Notes: generated by a model not told the origin, from the sequence alone. Counted from the stretch's first letter, positions 37,373-53,175 are shown. The stretch: DNA of 64,000 nt from the human T2T-CHM13v2.0 reference genome, Homo sapiens (GCF_009914755.1 NC_060925.1), one strand, 5' to 3'. Translations and numbers: made by a program.

Positions 37373-39720
37373 TCAAGCAATAATGCTACCACTATATGAG
37401 AATGTTGAGATTTGAATATATATATATGAATGTTGAGACTCATATATATGAGATTGCTGAGTCTTGGACAGTAAATAATTCATTAAAGTCTGACAATTAA
37501 TATTTAGCAAGAAAAAAAAAGAGATTCAAATCAAACTCCATCCAAACCTTTATCACAATACCAGTTGTCCTTGAAAGCAACAATCTCAAAGAACATTCTA
37601 AGATTAGACGTTTTCTTATATTCTAAATGTATCCTCTAAAGTAATTTAGGTGGTAGTGTAACAGAGTGCCTGGAATACTGTCAATATTTACTGTCTGGTG
37701 AACGGATACTAACCCTAAGACAACTCCTGAAATTAAGCACTGACCTTTTGCTTCATAAATAAATAAATAAAGGATTTTATTTTAGGGCAAAAGGGAAAGC
37801 CCTTAGTTTAACTGAGATCCACAAAGGTGGCCCTGCTGGACTGTAGTGTACTCAGATGCCTCCAATTCTGTTGTTCTAGAACATTAGTAGAGCACTTTCA
37901 GAAGGATCATCTGAGAAAAAGCCACAAGGATGGAAAAAATGAGGAGGAAAGCATAGTTTTGAATGACTACTTGATACGATTGAAGTTATTGGTTAAGGGA
38001 ATCACTTTATGTAGGGGCAAATGAATCGACTATAATTTTAACCTAAAGTACCACTATAGGGGCTGTAAAATTCTTTCTACTTGGATAAATATTCTCTATT
38101 TGAATTGCAGCTTGCAGTGAGAATGTAATAAAGAGGAACCTAACTTGACAAGACACTATGACCACAGAAAAGCTCTTTGTTAGGCAGTTGCAGGGCTGGT
38201 CACCAGAACTGAAATAGAACAGTACAGTCGACAAATGACCCACCAAATGTAGCTGTAGTTAGAAAAACTCAAGTAGTGTGGGCAAAGGCCAAATGGGACA
38301 GATAACAGGGAAGGAAATGGGGCACAAGGGGAATCCCTGGAAGAATGATTGAGGGACTCACTGTATCCTCAGCAGCTCAGTCAAAGAAAGGGCCACTCTG
38401 CATGTTGGGATGACCCAGATCTATAATGCAGATGATAGCTGGGGTATCAACTCAGAAGCTGAGAGCCATGCTCTGGGCTCCAGATTTAGCATCAGAGGAA
38501 CCCGCAAAACAAAAAACCACGACAAGACTCAATAGCTTTCAGAGTTCCTAAAAACACCAGCTTAGGGTGAAGAGGGATGTAGGAGAGAAGAAAGAGAAAA
38601 TAAAAGAGTCAGAGGGAAAATGAAAATAAAATTGCCTTTAAAAGTCAGCATTCTGTTAAATATTACACCATTGTTAACATGTTGGCTTAGCTTGTTCTTG
38701 TCAGGACAAAATATTGAAAAATAAAGTCTACTGAATTTGCCTCTAGGTGCAAAGAGAGAGTCTGCACCAGCAGCAACTGCTCTGTACCCAGTACTTTGTC
38801 ACTTCAGCAGGCTTGGGACACTCCTGTCTTAAGCCACTTATAGCATTTTGTTTCTTCATTATTTTTTTCCTCTTCAGTTACAAATGCAGTAGTTCCCCAG
38901 CATGATTTAACAAGCCAGGAGGAGAGATGAAATAAGATAAAAATAAATGAAGAATATATTTTTACTTAATAATCCTTTTATGAAGAAATTATAAAACTAA
39001 TACGTCAGTATTCATTTTTCAACACAGAAAACTTGCAAGAAAAAACACCCATAAGTCTAGCACCAAGATTACCACAACTAACACACTGTTACATTTTCTT
39101 CCAGTCTTTATGGTCCGTATATTTTTAACAAAATTTGGTTAATTGTTTTTAGCATTTTTGTATTTAACACTATCTTTGCCTATTATAACAATGATATCAG
39201 GAACATTTTTGCCTCCATTATAACTAATTGTCCTAAATGCAGTTCCTAAAAGTAACACGACTTGATCAAAGACTATGGATATTGTAAAGATACAAAACAT
39301 ATTGTCCTAATTGCTTTCCAGAAGTGCCATAACCAACTGACATTCTTACGCAGTATGTAAAAGTGTTCATGTCACCTCACCAAAATCAGCACCGAATATT
39401 ACCAATTTTTACTCTTCACTCGCTTGATAGGGGGTGAATAAAATCTTATTCTTGTTCTAAAATTATTTGCTAGTAAAGTTGAACATGTTATGATTATTTG
39501 CCATCTCTTTTTCATCAGTTCATATTCTTTGCTTGTGTTTGTTGAGTTAGGTTTTCAAAAAAAGGTTTATATTATGTATTGAGAATGTTAATTTGGCATG
39601 CTTGCAGAAAACATTTTCTCTAGATTATTGTGTATCTTATTTTTTCAAGGAATGTGAATGTGATTTTATTTATTGGGGTACAATATACATAGCATAACAT
39701 TTATCATTTTAACCATTTTT

Positions 39721-40045
39721 GTTACTTTGTTATTTTTTTTTTTTTTTTGAGACGTGGTCTTGCTCTGTCACCCAGGCTGGAATGCAGTGGTGTGACCATG
39801 GCTCACTGTAGCCTTGAACTCCCAGGCTCAAGTGATTCATCTCAGCCTCCTAAGTAGATAGGACTATAGGCACACAGCACCACAGCCAGCTAATTTTTTA
39901 TTGTTTGTAGAGACAAGGTCTCACTATGTTGCCCAGGCTGGTCTTGAACACCCTGGGCAACTATGTTGCCCAGGCTGGTCAGTGATCCTCCTGCCTCAGC
40001 CTCCTGTAGTGCTGGGATTACAGGCATGAGCCACTGCACCCAGAC
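39721..40045 (-). mobile_element. AluJ with an internal fold-back duplication
   Basis: TSD CATTTTAACCATTTTT; J-type motifs. Confidence 0.88.
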
Positions 40046-41967
40046 CATTTTAACCATTTTTAAAGGCATAGTTCAGTGGCACTAAGTGCATTCATGTGGT
40101 TATATAACCATCACCATCATTCCCCTCAGAACTTTTTCATCTTTCCAAACAGAAATTCTGTGCCCATTAAACAATACACAATTCCCATTTACTCCAGTTT
40201 CAGGCAATCACCATTCCACTTTGCATGAATTTGACTGCTATGGGTACCTCACCTCATATAAGTGAAATCATACCATACTTTTATTTTTGTGGCTAGTGCA
40301 TTTTACTTAGCAGAGTTCTCTAAGATCATCCACATAGTTGGATATGTCAGAATTTCTTTCCTTTTTATACACAAATACACTATATACACAAATACTACAT
40401 TTTGTGTATCCTTTCATCTATTGATGGATGCTTGCGTTGCTTGCGCCTTTTAGCTGTTTTAATAATATTGCCATGAACATAGATGTCCAAATAACAAGTC
40501 CCTGCTTTTAATTCTTTTGAGTATATACCCAAAAATTAAATTGTTGGATTACATGGCAATTCTATTTAATATTTTGAGGAACTACCATACAATTTTTCAT
40601 AGTGGTAGTGCCATTTGACATTCCCAAAAGTGACATACAGGGCTCCAATTTACCCACATCCTTGCCAACAACTGTTACAGTTTTGCTTGTTTGTTTTTTT
40701 AATAGTTATCTTAATGGGTGTGAAGTTGTATCTCATTGTGGTCTTGATTTGCATTTCCCTAATGATTAGTGATGTTCAGCATCTTTTTATGTATTTATTG
40801 ACTATGTGTTTTAATGTAAGTAATTTCTATTTCTTTAGATGTTAATTTATCCAAATCAACCTTGTTTTGTGATTGTTTTATTATTTCATGCTTAAAACAA
40901 CAAACTATCCCATGATCTGCAAGAAATTCATCTATATATTCCAATCATTTTTATGTTATAAGTTTTAACTCAAGTATTATTTTTGAAGTTAACTGATTAA
41001 TAGAGCACCATTTATTAAAGATACTTCCATTTCTTCCACAAATGTAATAATGGTTTTTTTATCATATACAAAAATCCTTATACGTTTCCTAAGTTTTGTT
41101 TCTGAACTCTTATTCGTTATTGTGTTCCATTGAATCTTATAGATTGCTTAATTAAATATTGAAGAGCTGTATTACATTTTTGTAACAAGTAACATGTTAC
41201 TCCTTTATTTCCCTATTCTTTGAAAAATTCATTGGTCTTCTTACACATGTATTCTTTTAGAATTATTATAAATGCTTTATTCAAAGTTGAATAAAGAAAT
41301 TAAACATATTTGAGATGACACTAAACATGCAATTAATTTATAAAGAATTAACATTGTTCAAAATGTTTATCCTTTTCTTCCAGGAACACGATATTTCTTT
41401 CTGTTTATTCAAGACTTCTTGAAAATTCCCAGGAAAGTGTTTTATTGCAATTATTCATAAAAGTCTCACATATTTCTTATTATTCTTACGTAATTTACAT
41501 ATTAAACATATTATGTAAGGATCATTTATTTTCATTATATTGTTAAAATGATCATTGCCATATGTGAAAAAGCTACTGATATTTTTTGTACAATTATGTA
41601 TCTGGCTACCTGATTGAACAATATTATCATATATTAAGCTTTCAATTAATTAATTTAGATCTTAATTACAGAATATCAGTGATGATATTGATAATATTAT
41701 CCTCTATATTCTAATAATACTAATAGTAATTGCTCTTATTTTATACAGTATCACATTTACTGAAACATCCAGAACAATACTTAATAATAAGGGTAACTGC
41801 AGGCATTGTTATCTTATTCCTTCATGTAATATAAATGCTTCTCACACCGTTGGAAAACTATAAGGCCAAGACACCCAGAGTTTGACTGCAAAAATCAATT
41901 ATTCTTTTAAAATGTCACCAATGTGTTTTTTTTTTATTTCTAGGGTGCTATTCATATTGCCTTTAAT

Positions 41968-42178
41968 ATTTTTATTTATTATACTTTAAGTTCTGGGATA
42001 CATGTGCAGAACACACAGGTTTGCAACATAGTTATACTCGTTTCATGGTAGTTTGCTGCACCCATCAACCTGTCATCTACATTAGGTATTTCTCCTAATG
42101 CGATCCCTCCTAGCGCCACATGCACCGACAGGCCCTAGTGTGTGATGTTCCCCTCCCTGTGTCCATGTGTTCTCATTT
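41968..42178 (-). mobile_element. 5'-truncated L1PA (PA7/8-like) 3' end
   Basis: ttattatactttaagttctgggatacatgtgcagaac...ccctgtgtccatgtgttctcatt; ttcatattg on both flanks. Confidence 0.85.
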
Positions 42179-44046
42179 TTCATATTGTGAACAGATTTTT
42201 TTTATTTTGGCAGAACAATGAAACGCTTTATACATTTATGGAAGGAAAAACCCTACTTCATTGTGGTGGCTGCTTCTTTTGATGGTGAATTAGATGTGCT
42301 AGGATTTTATTTGGGAGTTGTACACTTATATTCATGGCATCAGATGGTATTTTTTGTAAGACAATTATATTAGTTTTGTTAATTAAATGAAATAATTTGA
42401 AAGATTTTCCTTCCTTCATCAACTTAGTTCTGAAAAAAGTGTATGTAACACAGAGATTAAAAGTTCTTGAAAATTGGGAAGGATTCAAAACAAAACCATT
42501 TGGCCCTGGTGCTTTTATTTGGTGAGGGGGTGTAATTACTGGATAACTAAAATGTCGCAGTATTATTGACATGTTTTCTCTGGCATGATTTTACGTTTGT
42601 ATTTTTCTAGAAAATTATGTATATTATCAATGTTTTTAAATTGATTACCATAGAAATGGTCTCATAATTATACTGACCTCTATCTATTGTTACTTGGTTT
42701 TCTACTTTTCTCTATTAGATTTGACAGAAATTTATCTATTTTAAGCATTCATTCTTAAATGTATTTATCAATGTATAAACTGTTTTTATATTCTTAGTCA
42801 TTTTTTTTGTTTTATCCCTATTAAATTCTTCCTTATGCTTTTCTTGGACTTACTTGGCATTGCATATTCAATTACTGTTTTTTTCTCATTAAATAATGTT
42901 AATATTACTCAGGCAATTACAATATCAGTGCCTTTTACTGAGTGCTTACACTCTGATAGGTGATCACTGTGACAGTGCTTACACTGTGATACACTTACTA
43001 TGCTAAGATATTTCAGACCTTCTCATTTTTCAGAATACTTATCACATGAGAAAACTATTGTCTGAGGAATTCAATAATAGATGGCCAATAAATTACAGAG
43101 GTCATATTTGAAACCCAATCTGCATAACTGAAAAACCAAAGTTAATCATTATGGAACTGTACTGAAACAAAAGTAAAAAAATAATATAAAGCACATAAAA
43201 ACAGAGATAAGAAAGTATAAGTCAAGAAAAAACTACTCCAAAGTGCAGTTCACAATGAACATGAAGCTAGCATGGATTTATGAGGTCAAAAATTTTTAAG
43301 CAAAAATAATTAGAAATACAAGTAGAAATATTTAGAAAATTATTATAGAGATTTTAACATATGTATTTCCCCAAAGTTGATACATTGAGATCGAAATTTT
43401 AAATATAAAGAAAAAATGTAATGTGTTTATTCTAATGCATTTTAAATATAAAATTTGAAATTTACATTAGAATAGACAAATTTCAAAATAATTAGAATAT
43501 ATTGATATGGACATACGTTAATATTTGTATCTAGTGCGACTAAAATTCCTTTCCAGCATGATAAAACATGTATAAATATTGCATATTACACTCCAAGGAA
43601 ACTTCTATAAGTTACAAAAAGAAGATGCTTTGGAGATCACATTCTCCAACCATAATGACTAAAACCACAAGTTAATAACAAGGTTTAAATAAACAAAGCT
43701 GCGAGTTGATTTCTCAACAGAAGCGATGGAAACCAAAAGACAATTGAACAGCACCTTTAAAGTGTTGATGGATTGTAAATGACAGCCTAGAATTCTATAC
43801 CCATTACAAATAACCTTCAAAATCAAGGATAAAATAAAGATATTCTCCAATAATTAAATTTATGAAAATTTGTTGTCTGTAGACATTCATTTAAAGTAGA
43901 ACTAAAAGAAGTCCTTCAGTCAGAAGAAAAACAAGCTTGGGAGGGAGATGCCAGGCAGAATGTAAAGAAACATGAAAAGCAAATATGTTTGTAAACATAA
44001 ATACCTACTGTACAAAATAATAGATGTAATGTTTTTTGGCATTTAA

Positions 44047-44353
<307 letters not shown>

Positions 44354-46711
44354 CCCAAAAAAATAATTTAACAACAAAAGTAAAACAAAAATTTGGAGGG
44401 ATTAAATGAAATTAAAGAGTTTATAGTTAAATTTTTAAGACACGATTATCAGATTATATGCTGCTTACCTTAGAAAGGCTGAAAGTGGACATGATATACC
44501 AAGCAAATGCTAACTAAAAGAATGTGTGGTAATCATAATAAAATATTCAGGAAAATAGACTTAAAGAAGAAGTGTTTGAGATAGAAAGGTACATTGTATA
44601 ATGCTGAAAGGGTCAATCCACAAAAACAGCATAAGAAATTATATATGTTGGTAGTTACAAGTTCCAAATATATACAGTGAAAAATACATAAAATTAAAGA
44701 ATAAACAAACCCACAACCATATGGAAAAGATTTTACCTTATCCATCATAGTAATTAATAAACATCAATAATGATTTTTTTAATATAGGAGAGTTAACACA
44801 CTTTACCCACTCAACATACAGAGAGCACAGTTTCTAATCATAATAGAATTGACTGTTTTCAAGCACACATGGCCTGTTTCCTGAAATTTATCATGTGCTT
44901 GGCCACGAAGCAATTCCCAAGAACTTTCAAAAGATTTAAGTCAATCAGAGTATATTTTCAGACCACAGTGAAATTAAGCCAGAAATCAATGACAAAGATA
45001 CTCAGAAAATCTCAAGAGTTTAGAAATGTAGCAATACATTTTAAGGTAATTCATGGATCAAAGAAAAATGAGAAAATAAGTATTAGGAAATATTTTGAGC
45101 TTACCAATAATCAAAATAAGACATCAAATATTCCTTAAGAGGAAATGAGAAATCTAAATGCACTTATGATAAAAAGATTAAAAATCAGTGACTCAAGTAT
45201 TAATCTCAAATACTTAGAAAAGAATAAATTAAAATTTATAAATGTAGAAGAAAGGAAATAAACCAATAAACAGAAATCAATGCAAAGAAAATTGTATAAT
45301 AGAAAAATAGAGAAAACCAAAATTATTTATTTAGAAAAACTAATAAAATTAATAACTAATGAGTAAAAAACTAAAAGAAGCAAAATTTACCAATATCACA
45401 GCAATATTCTACAAAATTTACAGAAAAGATGTGACATTATTAACATCTGTATGTCAATAAAAGTGAAAATTATATGAACTGAGAAAATGCTTAGAAACAT
45501 TCAAAAAGCTGAATATTTCTGTGTCTGTTAAATTAAGTAGTTCTATAATTAAAAATATTCCCACAAATAACTGCTGACCCAAATGACTTTGCCAAGAAAT
45601 TTTTCCAAACCTTTAAGAAGATAGAAATTCTTCTAGAGACTATATAAAGAAGAAATTTTTCAAATAGTTTTATAAGTCTAAAATCTGAAAAGGAGATATA
45701 TGAAAAAAAGAAACTTTACATGTTAATCTTTCCTCCAATGTGAAAAAATCTGGAAAAATATTAGCATACATAATAATGTCTATAAAGTACAAAGCATCAC
45801 AGTCAAGTTGATTCCTAAAATGCAAGTTTGATTTACCCTTTAGAAAGCCAGTGTAATATGCCACTTAACTAGGGAGAAAGTGCATGTGACCATCTCAGTG
45901 ATTACAGAAAAATCATTGTATAAAATTTAATGTTCATTCTTGATTAAAAAGAAAACAATTTCTAGTAAGCTAGGAATTGAAAAAAAATTCCCTCATCTAA
46001 TAATAATACCAACAAAATAAAAGGATTATAGTAGATATTATAGTTATTGGTCAAATATACAAACCTGTGAAAAATAAAATGAAGTGATTGAGAACAAGAT
46101 ATAGATGTCCATTGTCACCATTTCCATTTATCATGAAACTGAAAATCTGGACCAGTGCAATAAGGTAAATAAAAGAAATAAATTGTAGAAATACAGGGAA
46201 AGGAATAAATACACCTGTCAATATTTACAGACAACATTAATGAACATGTAGAAAATCCAAAAAAATCTACAATTAAAATTAATAAGTAAATTTACTAAAG
46301 TGGCTGGGTAAAAGATCAAAACAAAGAAAAATCTGTTACATTTTTATCTACCAACATGCAATTAAAGCAAATTTTAAAATTTTTATAAGCATAGCTTACA
46401 CAAATCAAAGAGATAACTTTAATGAAAGACACAGAAACTGTTAAAATTTTATTTTGATAAGTAAAATAAGTCACGAATAAATTGAAAGCTACTTTATATT
46501 CATGAATTGAAAGACTTAGTGTTATAAAGATGTTAATTCTCCCTTAATTGAGCAACAAAATTTAATTTTAGCCCAAAGAAAATCCAAGCAAGGTTTGATG
46601 GTGGGGACTGACATATTAATTACAAGATGTATATAAAACTGAAAGGATGAAGAATAGTCAAGACAACTATAAAGAAGAAAAATATAGTTGGACAGGTAAA
46701 AAGAAACGGGA

Positions 46712-47047
46712 GGCTGGGCACGGTGGCACATGCCTGTAATCCCAGCACTTTGGGAGGCCAAGGTGGACAGATCACCTGAGGCCAGGAGTTCAAGACCAGT
46801 GTGGCCAACATGGTGAAAACCTGTCTCCACTAAAAACACAAAAATTAGCCAGGAGTGGTGGTGGTTGCCTGTAATCCCAGCTACTCGGTAGGCTGAGGCA
46901 GCAGAATCACTTGATCCTGGGAGGTAGAGGTTGCAGTGAGCTGAGATCTGCCACTGCACTCCAGCCTGGGTAACAAGAGTAAAAACTCCATCTTAAAAAA
47001 AAAAAAAAAAGAAGAATAAAAAGAAGGAGGAGGAGGAGGGGGAGAAG
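46712..47047 (+). mobile_element. AluS with a GA-rich extended tail
   Basis: Full dimer; degenerate TSD aagaaacggga/aagaaatgggg. Confidence 0.9.
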
Positions 47048-48872
47048 AAGAAATGGGGGTAAGCAAAGAACAAAGAACACTAATGGACACCAAGATGTAA
47101 TAAAGCTAGATTAAGATAGTGTGACCCTGATGAAAAGAATAGAAAAATGCACCAAAGAAAGCAGAATAGGCTGTCCAGAAACATATTCAGACATATATAG
47201 ACACAATGTGAAAGTGATGCACTTCAGAGTAGTGGAAAAATTTATTATTGTTTTGGTTTTGCTTTAAAAACAAGTGATTCTGTGTTGACTTGCTATAATA
47301 AGAAAGAAAAAATAATAATTGTACTATACACTAAAATTAATTCTAGATGAATTATATTTATAAATGTGAATAGTAGGATAGCAAAGCATCTAGAGGACAC
47401 TGTAGGATAATATACTCATGACTTTAGGCTAGGGAGAATATTTAAAGCAGGACATGGAATGATTATCCACAAGGAAAAGATTAATCCACTTCTGTATATT
47501 AAAATTAGAAATTTCTGCTTATCCAAGACATCACTAAATGAGTAAAAAGGCAAGCCACAGAGTGGGATAAAATACCTGCAATACATACATGTGACAATTA
47601 TTATCAGAGTATATAAAGAACACCTACAAGTCAATGAGAAAATAGAAACAACATAGAAAAATGGGTAAAATACTTGAAGGTTTTCACAAAAAAAAGTCAG
47701 CAATAATACAAATAGGTACTTAGCTTCTCCTGTGATCAGAGAATTTAAAAACAATTCACCTCGACCAAAATAAAGTTAAAAAGATAAGAAATGCCAAGTG
47801 TAGCAAAGATGCAGTGCAACTAGAGATCTCATGTACTGCAATTCCATTCCTAGGTTTCAACTCAACAGAAATTTGTCCCATATGTTTACCACAAGATATA
47901 TACTTACATGAATTAGAATGTTTATAACAGTGCTATTTATAATAGCCAAAACCCAGAAATTATCCAAATGTTCATCGACAATGGAATGAATAATAAAGTG
48001 TTGAATATTGTCACAATAAAACTCTTTGCAGCATTGAGATTGAATAGTCTACAACTATATGCAATGACATGTTCGAATCTCACAAATATGATGCTGAGTG
48101 TCAGAAGCTGGACATGAAAGTTTACATAATGTAGATCACATTTACATAAAATTCAGAAACTGGGAAGACTAATCTGTCATAATAGAAGTCAAAATAGTGC
48201 TTTCCCTTGGAAAAGGTAATGTCTGAATGGAGGTAGTGTTAAAGCGGTAGATGGTAGTGGTGAAGTATGAAGCCAAAGGAGGGAGGATGCATTTGCAGGT
48301 CCATAAATGTTTCTTGATTTTGACTGTGATTCCAAAGTATGTTCAGCTTGTGAACACAAACATTCAAGTTCTATAATATATATTTATGATTGGTACATTT
48401 TGTATATATGTTATAATTCAATAGAACATTTAGAAAGAAGCCAATCAGACATTGTCTGCGTTTTAATGGGTGAGTTGAATCCATGAACATTTGTTTTTTT
48501 TTCTGCTTTCTTGGAATTTATTTATTCTACCTATTATTTTTCTCCTTTCTTCCCTTTATACAGTTTGAACAAGTTTTCTGATTCATTTTATTTTCCTCAT
48601 TGATGAAAAGGGACATATTTTATTCACTTTCTTATAATAATCATTCCATTTTTTTGCCCACATATTATTTTCCAGAAAAATGTATAGAGTTCATCAGAAT
48701 CTGTGTCTTTTACATAAAGAAATCAAGAACTTTGGCATATTTTTACTTCTACTTCTGTCCTCTCTTCTCCCTATCATGTAAATGCCATCTGGAATGTTTG
48801 TTTCAAGTCGTATTTTAAATAAATAGCCAAAATTTACCTGGCCATACCCATGAGTTTTACTAACATAACTAA

Positions 48873-49172
<300 letters not shown>

Positions 49173-50162
49173 CTAAATGTTTATTCTTGCATTCGATTTA
49201 TACTTCCTACATTCATTTTCTTCTTTCTGAAGCAATATTTTCCTTTCCAGAGAATGTCTGTGAATGACCAGATTTATTGAGTTCTTACTTGTTGATTATG
49301 TATTTATCTCATTCTTGCACTTAAATGATTCTTTGACTGGGCGTAGATTCTAGGTTTAAAGTTCCTTGTCCCCAGATCTTAGATCTTGTTCCTCTGCCTT
49401 CTTATATCCAGTTTAAGAAAAATGATGTCAATCTGATTATCATGACTTTGTAGCTAAGCGGGTTTCACTCCACGCTCATCTGTGGGGTTTTACAGTTTTC
49501 TTTCTGAAATTTCCATATGTTGAGTATAGGTGTGGGGTCATTTATTAAATGTTTGCTGCTAGTCAGAAGTATCCCTTTCAATGTGAAAGTTCTACTTTAG
49601 AAATTATCCTGTTTCCGGTTTACATAGTTTCTCTTTTCCATAATTCTATATTTTTCATCTAGATATTTTATTAGCCAAATTATAAAAACCAACATATTCA
49701 TCCTACATATTTCCTACTTATTTGCATTCATCTATCGTGCCACATCTTGGGTAATCTTTGTTCATCTTCCAGGTTATAACTGGTCTCTTTGGCTATATCC
49801 CTTCAGCCAATTCAATCAGGTTTTAAGCTTTTTATTGCAACAATAAAAGTTTAATTTCTCTGGCTTTAATCTGTTTTTGTAGTTCATTTGTTATGACATT
49901 AGTTATATTTATTCTACAGTTATTTTTTATAATACAAACTGTTAGAAACTTTTAAATTTTTTGCATCTGTCCTCTCTCAAATGGCAAGTTTTCCTCAAAT
50001 GTTTGATGAGTTCTGAATGTACAATTCGGTTTAGTAGAAATTGTCCATTAGCCTGCAGTTTCTATTTGGGCAGCCTACTTAAGAAGATATAGGGAATTTA
50101 AGGCTACACTGTATTCCTGCAATAAAAAAAAAAAGGCCACCGAAGCGACAAAAAAAAAAAAA

Positions 50163-50406
50163 TCTTTGGGAGGCTGAGGTGGGCAGATCATGAGGTCAAG
50201 AGATTGAGACCATCCTGACCAACACTGTGAAACCCCATCTCTACTAAAAATACAAAAATTAGCTGGGCTTGGGAGGCTGAGGAAGGAGAATCACTTGAAC
50301 TGGGGAGGTGGAGATTGCAGTGAGCCGAGATCACACAACTTCACTCCAGCCTGGGCAACAATGTAAGACTCTTGTCTCAAAAAAAAAAAAAAAAAAAAAA
50401 AAAAAA
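50163..50406 (+). mobile_element. AluSc-like, 5'-truncated and internally deleted
   Basis: gatcatgaggtcaagagattgagaccatcctg; junction ttagctgggc|ttgggagg; long A tail. Confidence 0.85.
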
Positions 50407-51389
50407 CAAGATGTCTTGGTTACTGGTTTTATGGCTGCTGGTGTTCCCTGTTCTCACATCTAAGGAGGCTCTGGGTACACTGCCTTCCAGTTGGCTCCAT
50501 TCAAGCTCCCTTCCCTCTATCTGTTGCTTCTCTCTAGCCTAAGGAAAAGGGGCAGGAGGATGCAACAGTCGACCAACAAGTGCAGCTGGAAGTCATCAGC
50601 CTATAAATGCCTCTCTGTCCCATCCTGCTCCCAGGTGCTACTTCCACCTTTGTTGGTGTTAAGGTGCCATTTAGCGTTGAACTACAATTTAGTTCTTCAA
50701 TCTGGATCCATCTGCTTACCATCTCTAATTTTCTCCCATAGCTTCTGGCATTAAGGTTTATCCTTTTTCTCCCAGTGTAGTTGTGTTGATTTTTAATCAT
50801 TTTACTAACTTTAAAAAATACTTATTTTTTAATAAGTGAGTGTCTTATTAATAAGTGAGACAGTGTCTCACTATGTTGCCCAGGTTGGACTTAAACCCTT
50901 CTCCTCAACCTCCTGAGTAGCTGGGACTACAGGCACATGCCATTGTGTTGTAACATGTTTTACATGCTATAGCACCTCCGACCTTACCTCTAAAACATGA
51001 TTCAATCATTTTGAATCACACGTCTCAAAACTTTTCCTAACACATTTACAATTGTCAAAGTTATTAATACAACCAAAGGTCTTTTGCCTTCAGTTTTAAG
51101 AAGTGTTGAAATAGTTATACCTTTACTTCTCTCTACTATTACCTCTTCCTGATCTAACGTCCTATTTTTTTAAATGTTTAGAATCCTTATTTCTGCTATT
51201 TGCTATATGAATCGTCTTTCAGACTAATTTTACACAAATTTAGGACAACTTGACTTCGATCTCTATTTAATAGATTTTGATGCTCTTGTTCTGGTCTTTC
51301 ACATCACAGCTATTCCTAGTTTCCCCATTCTTAATTTCTTGACATTGCTGCTTCTTTCACATAGCAGGTGAATAGAATTGTGTCTTAAA

Positions 51390-52043
51390 AGAAGCTTTCT
51401 AGTTTAATTATATCCCACTTGTCAACCATTGTGGAAGACAGTGTGGTGACTCCTCAAGGATCTAGAACTAGAAATACCATTTGACCCAGCAATCCCATTA
51501 CTGGGTATATACCCAAAGGATTATAAATCATTCTACTATAAAGACACATGTACACGTATGTTTACTGCAGCACTATTTACAACAGTAAAGACTTGGAACC
51601 AACCCAAATGCCCATCAATGATAGACTGGATAAAGAAAATGTGGCATATATGTACCATGGGATACTATGAGGCCATAAAAAAGGATGAGTTCATGTCCTT
51701 TGCAGGGACATAGATGAAGCTGGAAGCCATCATTCCCAGCAAACTAACACAGGAACAGAAAACCAAACACCACATGTTCTCCCTCATAAGTGGGAGTTGA
51801 AAAATGAGAACACATGGACACAGGGAGGGGAACATCACACACTGGGGCCTGTCTGGAGGTAGGGGGCAAGGGGAGGAAGAGCATTAGGACAAATACCTAA
51901 TGCATGTGGGGCGTAAAATCTAGATGATGGGTTGATAGGTGTAGCAAACCACCATGGCACATGTACACCTATGTAACAAACCTGCATGTTCTGCACATGT
52001 ATCCCAGAACTTAAAGTAAAATAAAATAAAGTTTAAAAAAAAA
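51390..52043 (+). mobile_element. 5'-truncated L1PA with a short inverted 5' segment
   Basis: L1PA 3' end (ccattgtggaagacagtgtgg...cccagaacttaaagta, A tail) preceded by an antisense ORF2 piece at 51390-51425. Confidence 0.88.
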
Positions 52044-52861
52044 CCCTCACGTAGAATAAAATGTAAATAGCATCCCATGTGTTAGTACAATATTATAGTC
52101 CTGGCAGGTTTATTTTGAAAGAAAAGCAGAGGGGTAACGTTTCCTCTTCTGATATTTGTTAAGGTAAAAGAGTGATATGCAGTTAGATGACATTAGTTAG
52201 GCTAACAGAATGTTTTGAACATTTAAAAGAAAATTGTTATCATTTGTCTGTAAGCCCTTTAGGTTTGGTTTTTAAAACCATTTCTGTCTATTGTATTCTA
52301 TTAGACTTTTAAAAACAAGAAACATCTACTCTAAGGTAAATAATGATGAATAATTTTTAAAGTGGGAAATAAGCATTCCTCTGAGATGAGTCAATATCAT
52401 ACAGTGCCCCAGCCTTATTATACAATCTCTCTAAAGGTTTATTTACCATTTGATCAAGTGTAAAAGCCCTATGTTCTATGTAGAAGCTGAGCCAAATAGG
52501 TTGCTATTTACTCAGTCTAATTCCAGGGTCTCTCTCTCATTCCCTCTTTGGAGTCTCAGCTCCTCAATTGAGCTGACAAACCTACAAAATGCTCCATCTC
52601 CTGTGTCTGGAATTTTCATCACTGCTTTTTCTGGCCTGGCTTAGATAAGAGATTTGAAAGTGCATTAACTACAGAGGGACAATTTACAAGAGACATAGAT
52701 AGATACAGATAGTGGAGTGACCCTTCTGAATTATTTTTTCCACAAAATTTATTTTCCCTCACATCCTGTTTTTCCTGGATGGCTAATCTGTTTGATTATT
52801 GCCTCAAGGGTGAGATAAGATAGGGCAGAAAAGGGGTGAGTGGGCAAAAGAGTTCTGTTTA

Positions 52862-53175
<314 letters not shown>

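Larger units (their letters stand above)
38980..42900 (-). mobile_element. Nested degenerate L1M (L1ME/L1MB) fragments, T-rich
   Basis: ttttgaggaactaccatac, cacatccttgccaacaact, ttgatttgcatttccctaatgattagtgatgtt: antisense L1 3' motifs. Boundaries approximate. Confidence 0.7.

Noticed and set aside
46522-46959. 145-aa ORF, plus similar ORFs at 37013-37366, 34443-34703, 48873-49112, 59574-59913 and 8936-9118
   Set aside because: These are translations of Alu sequence ([23 protein letters not shown] motifs), not genes.
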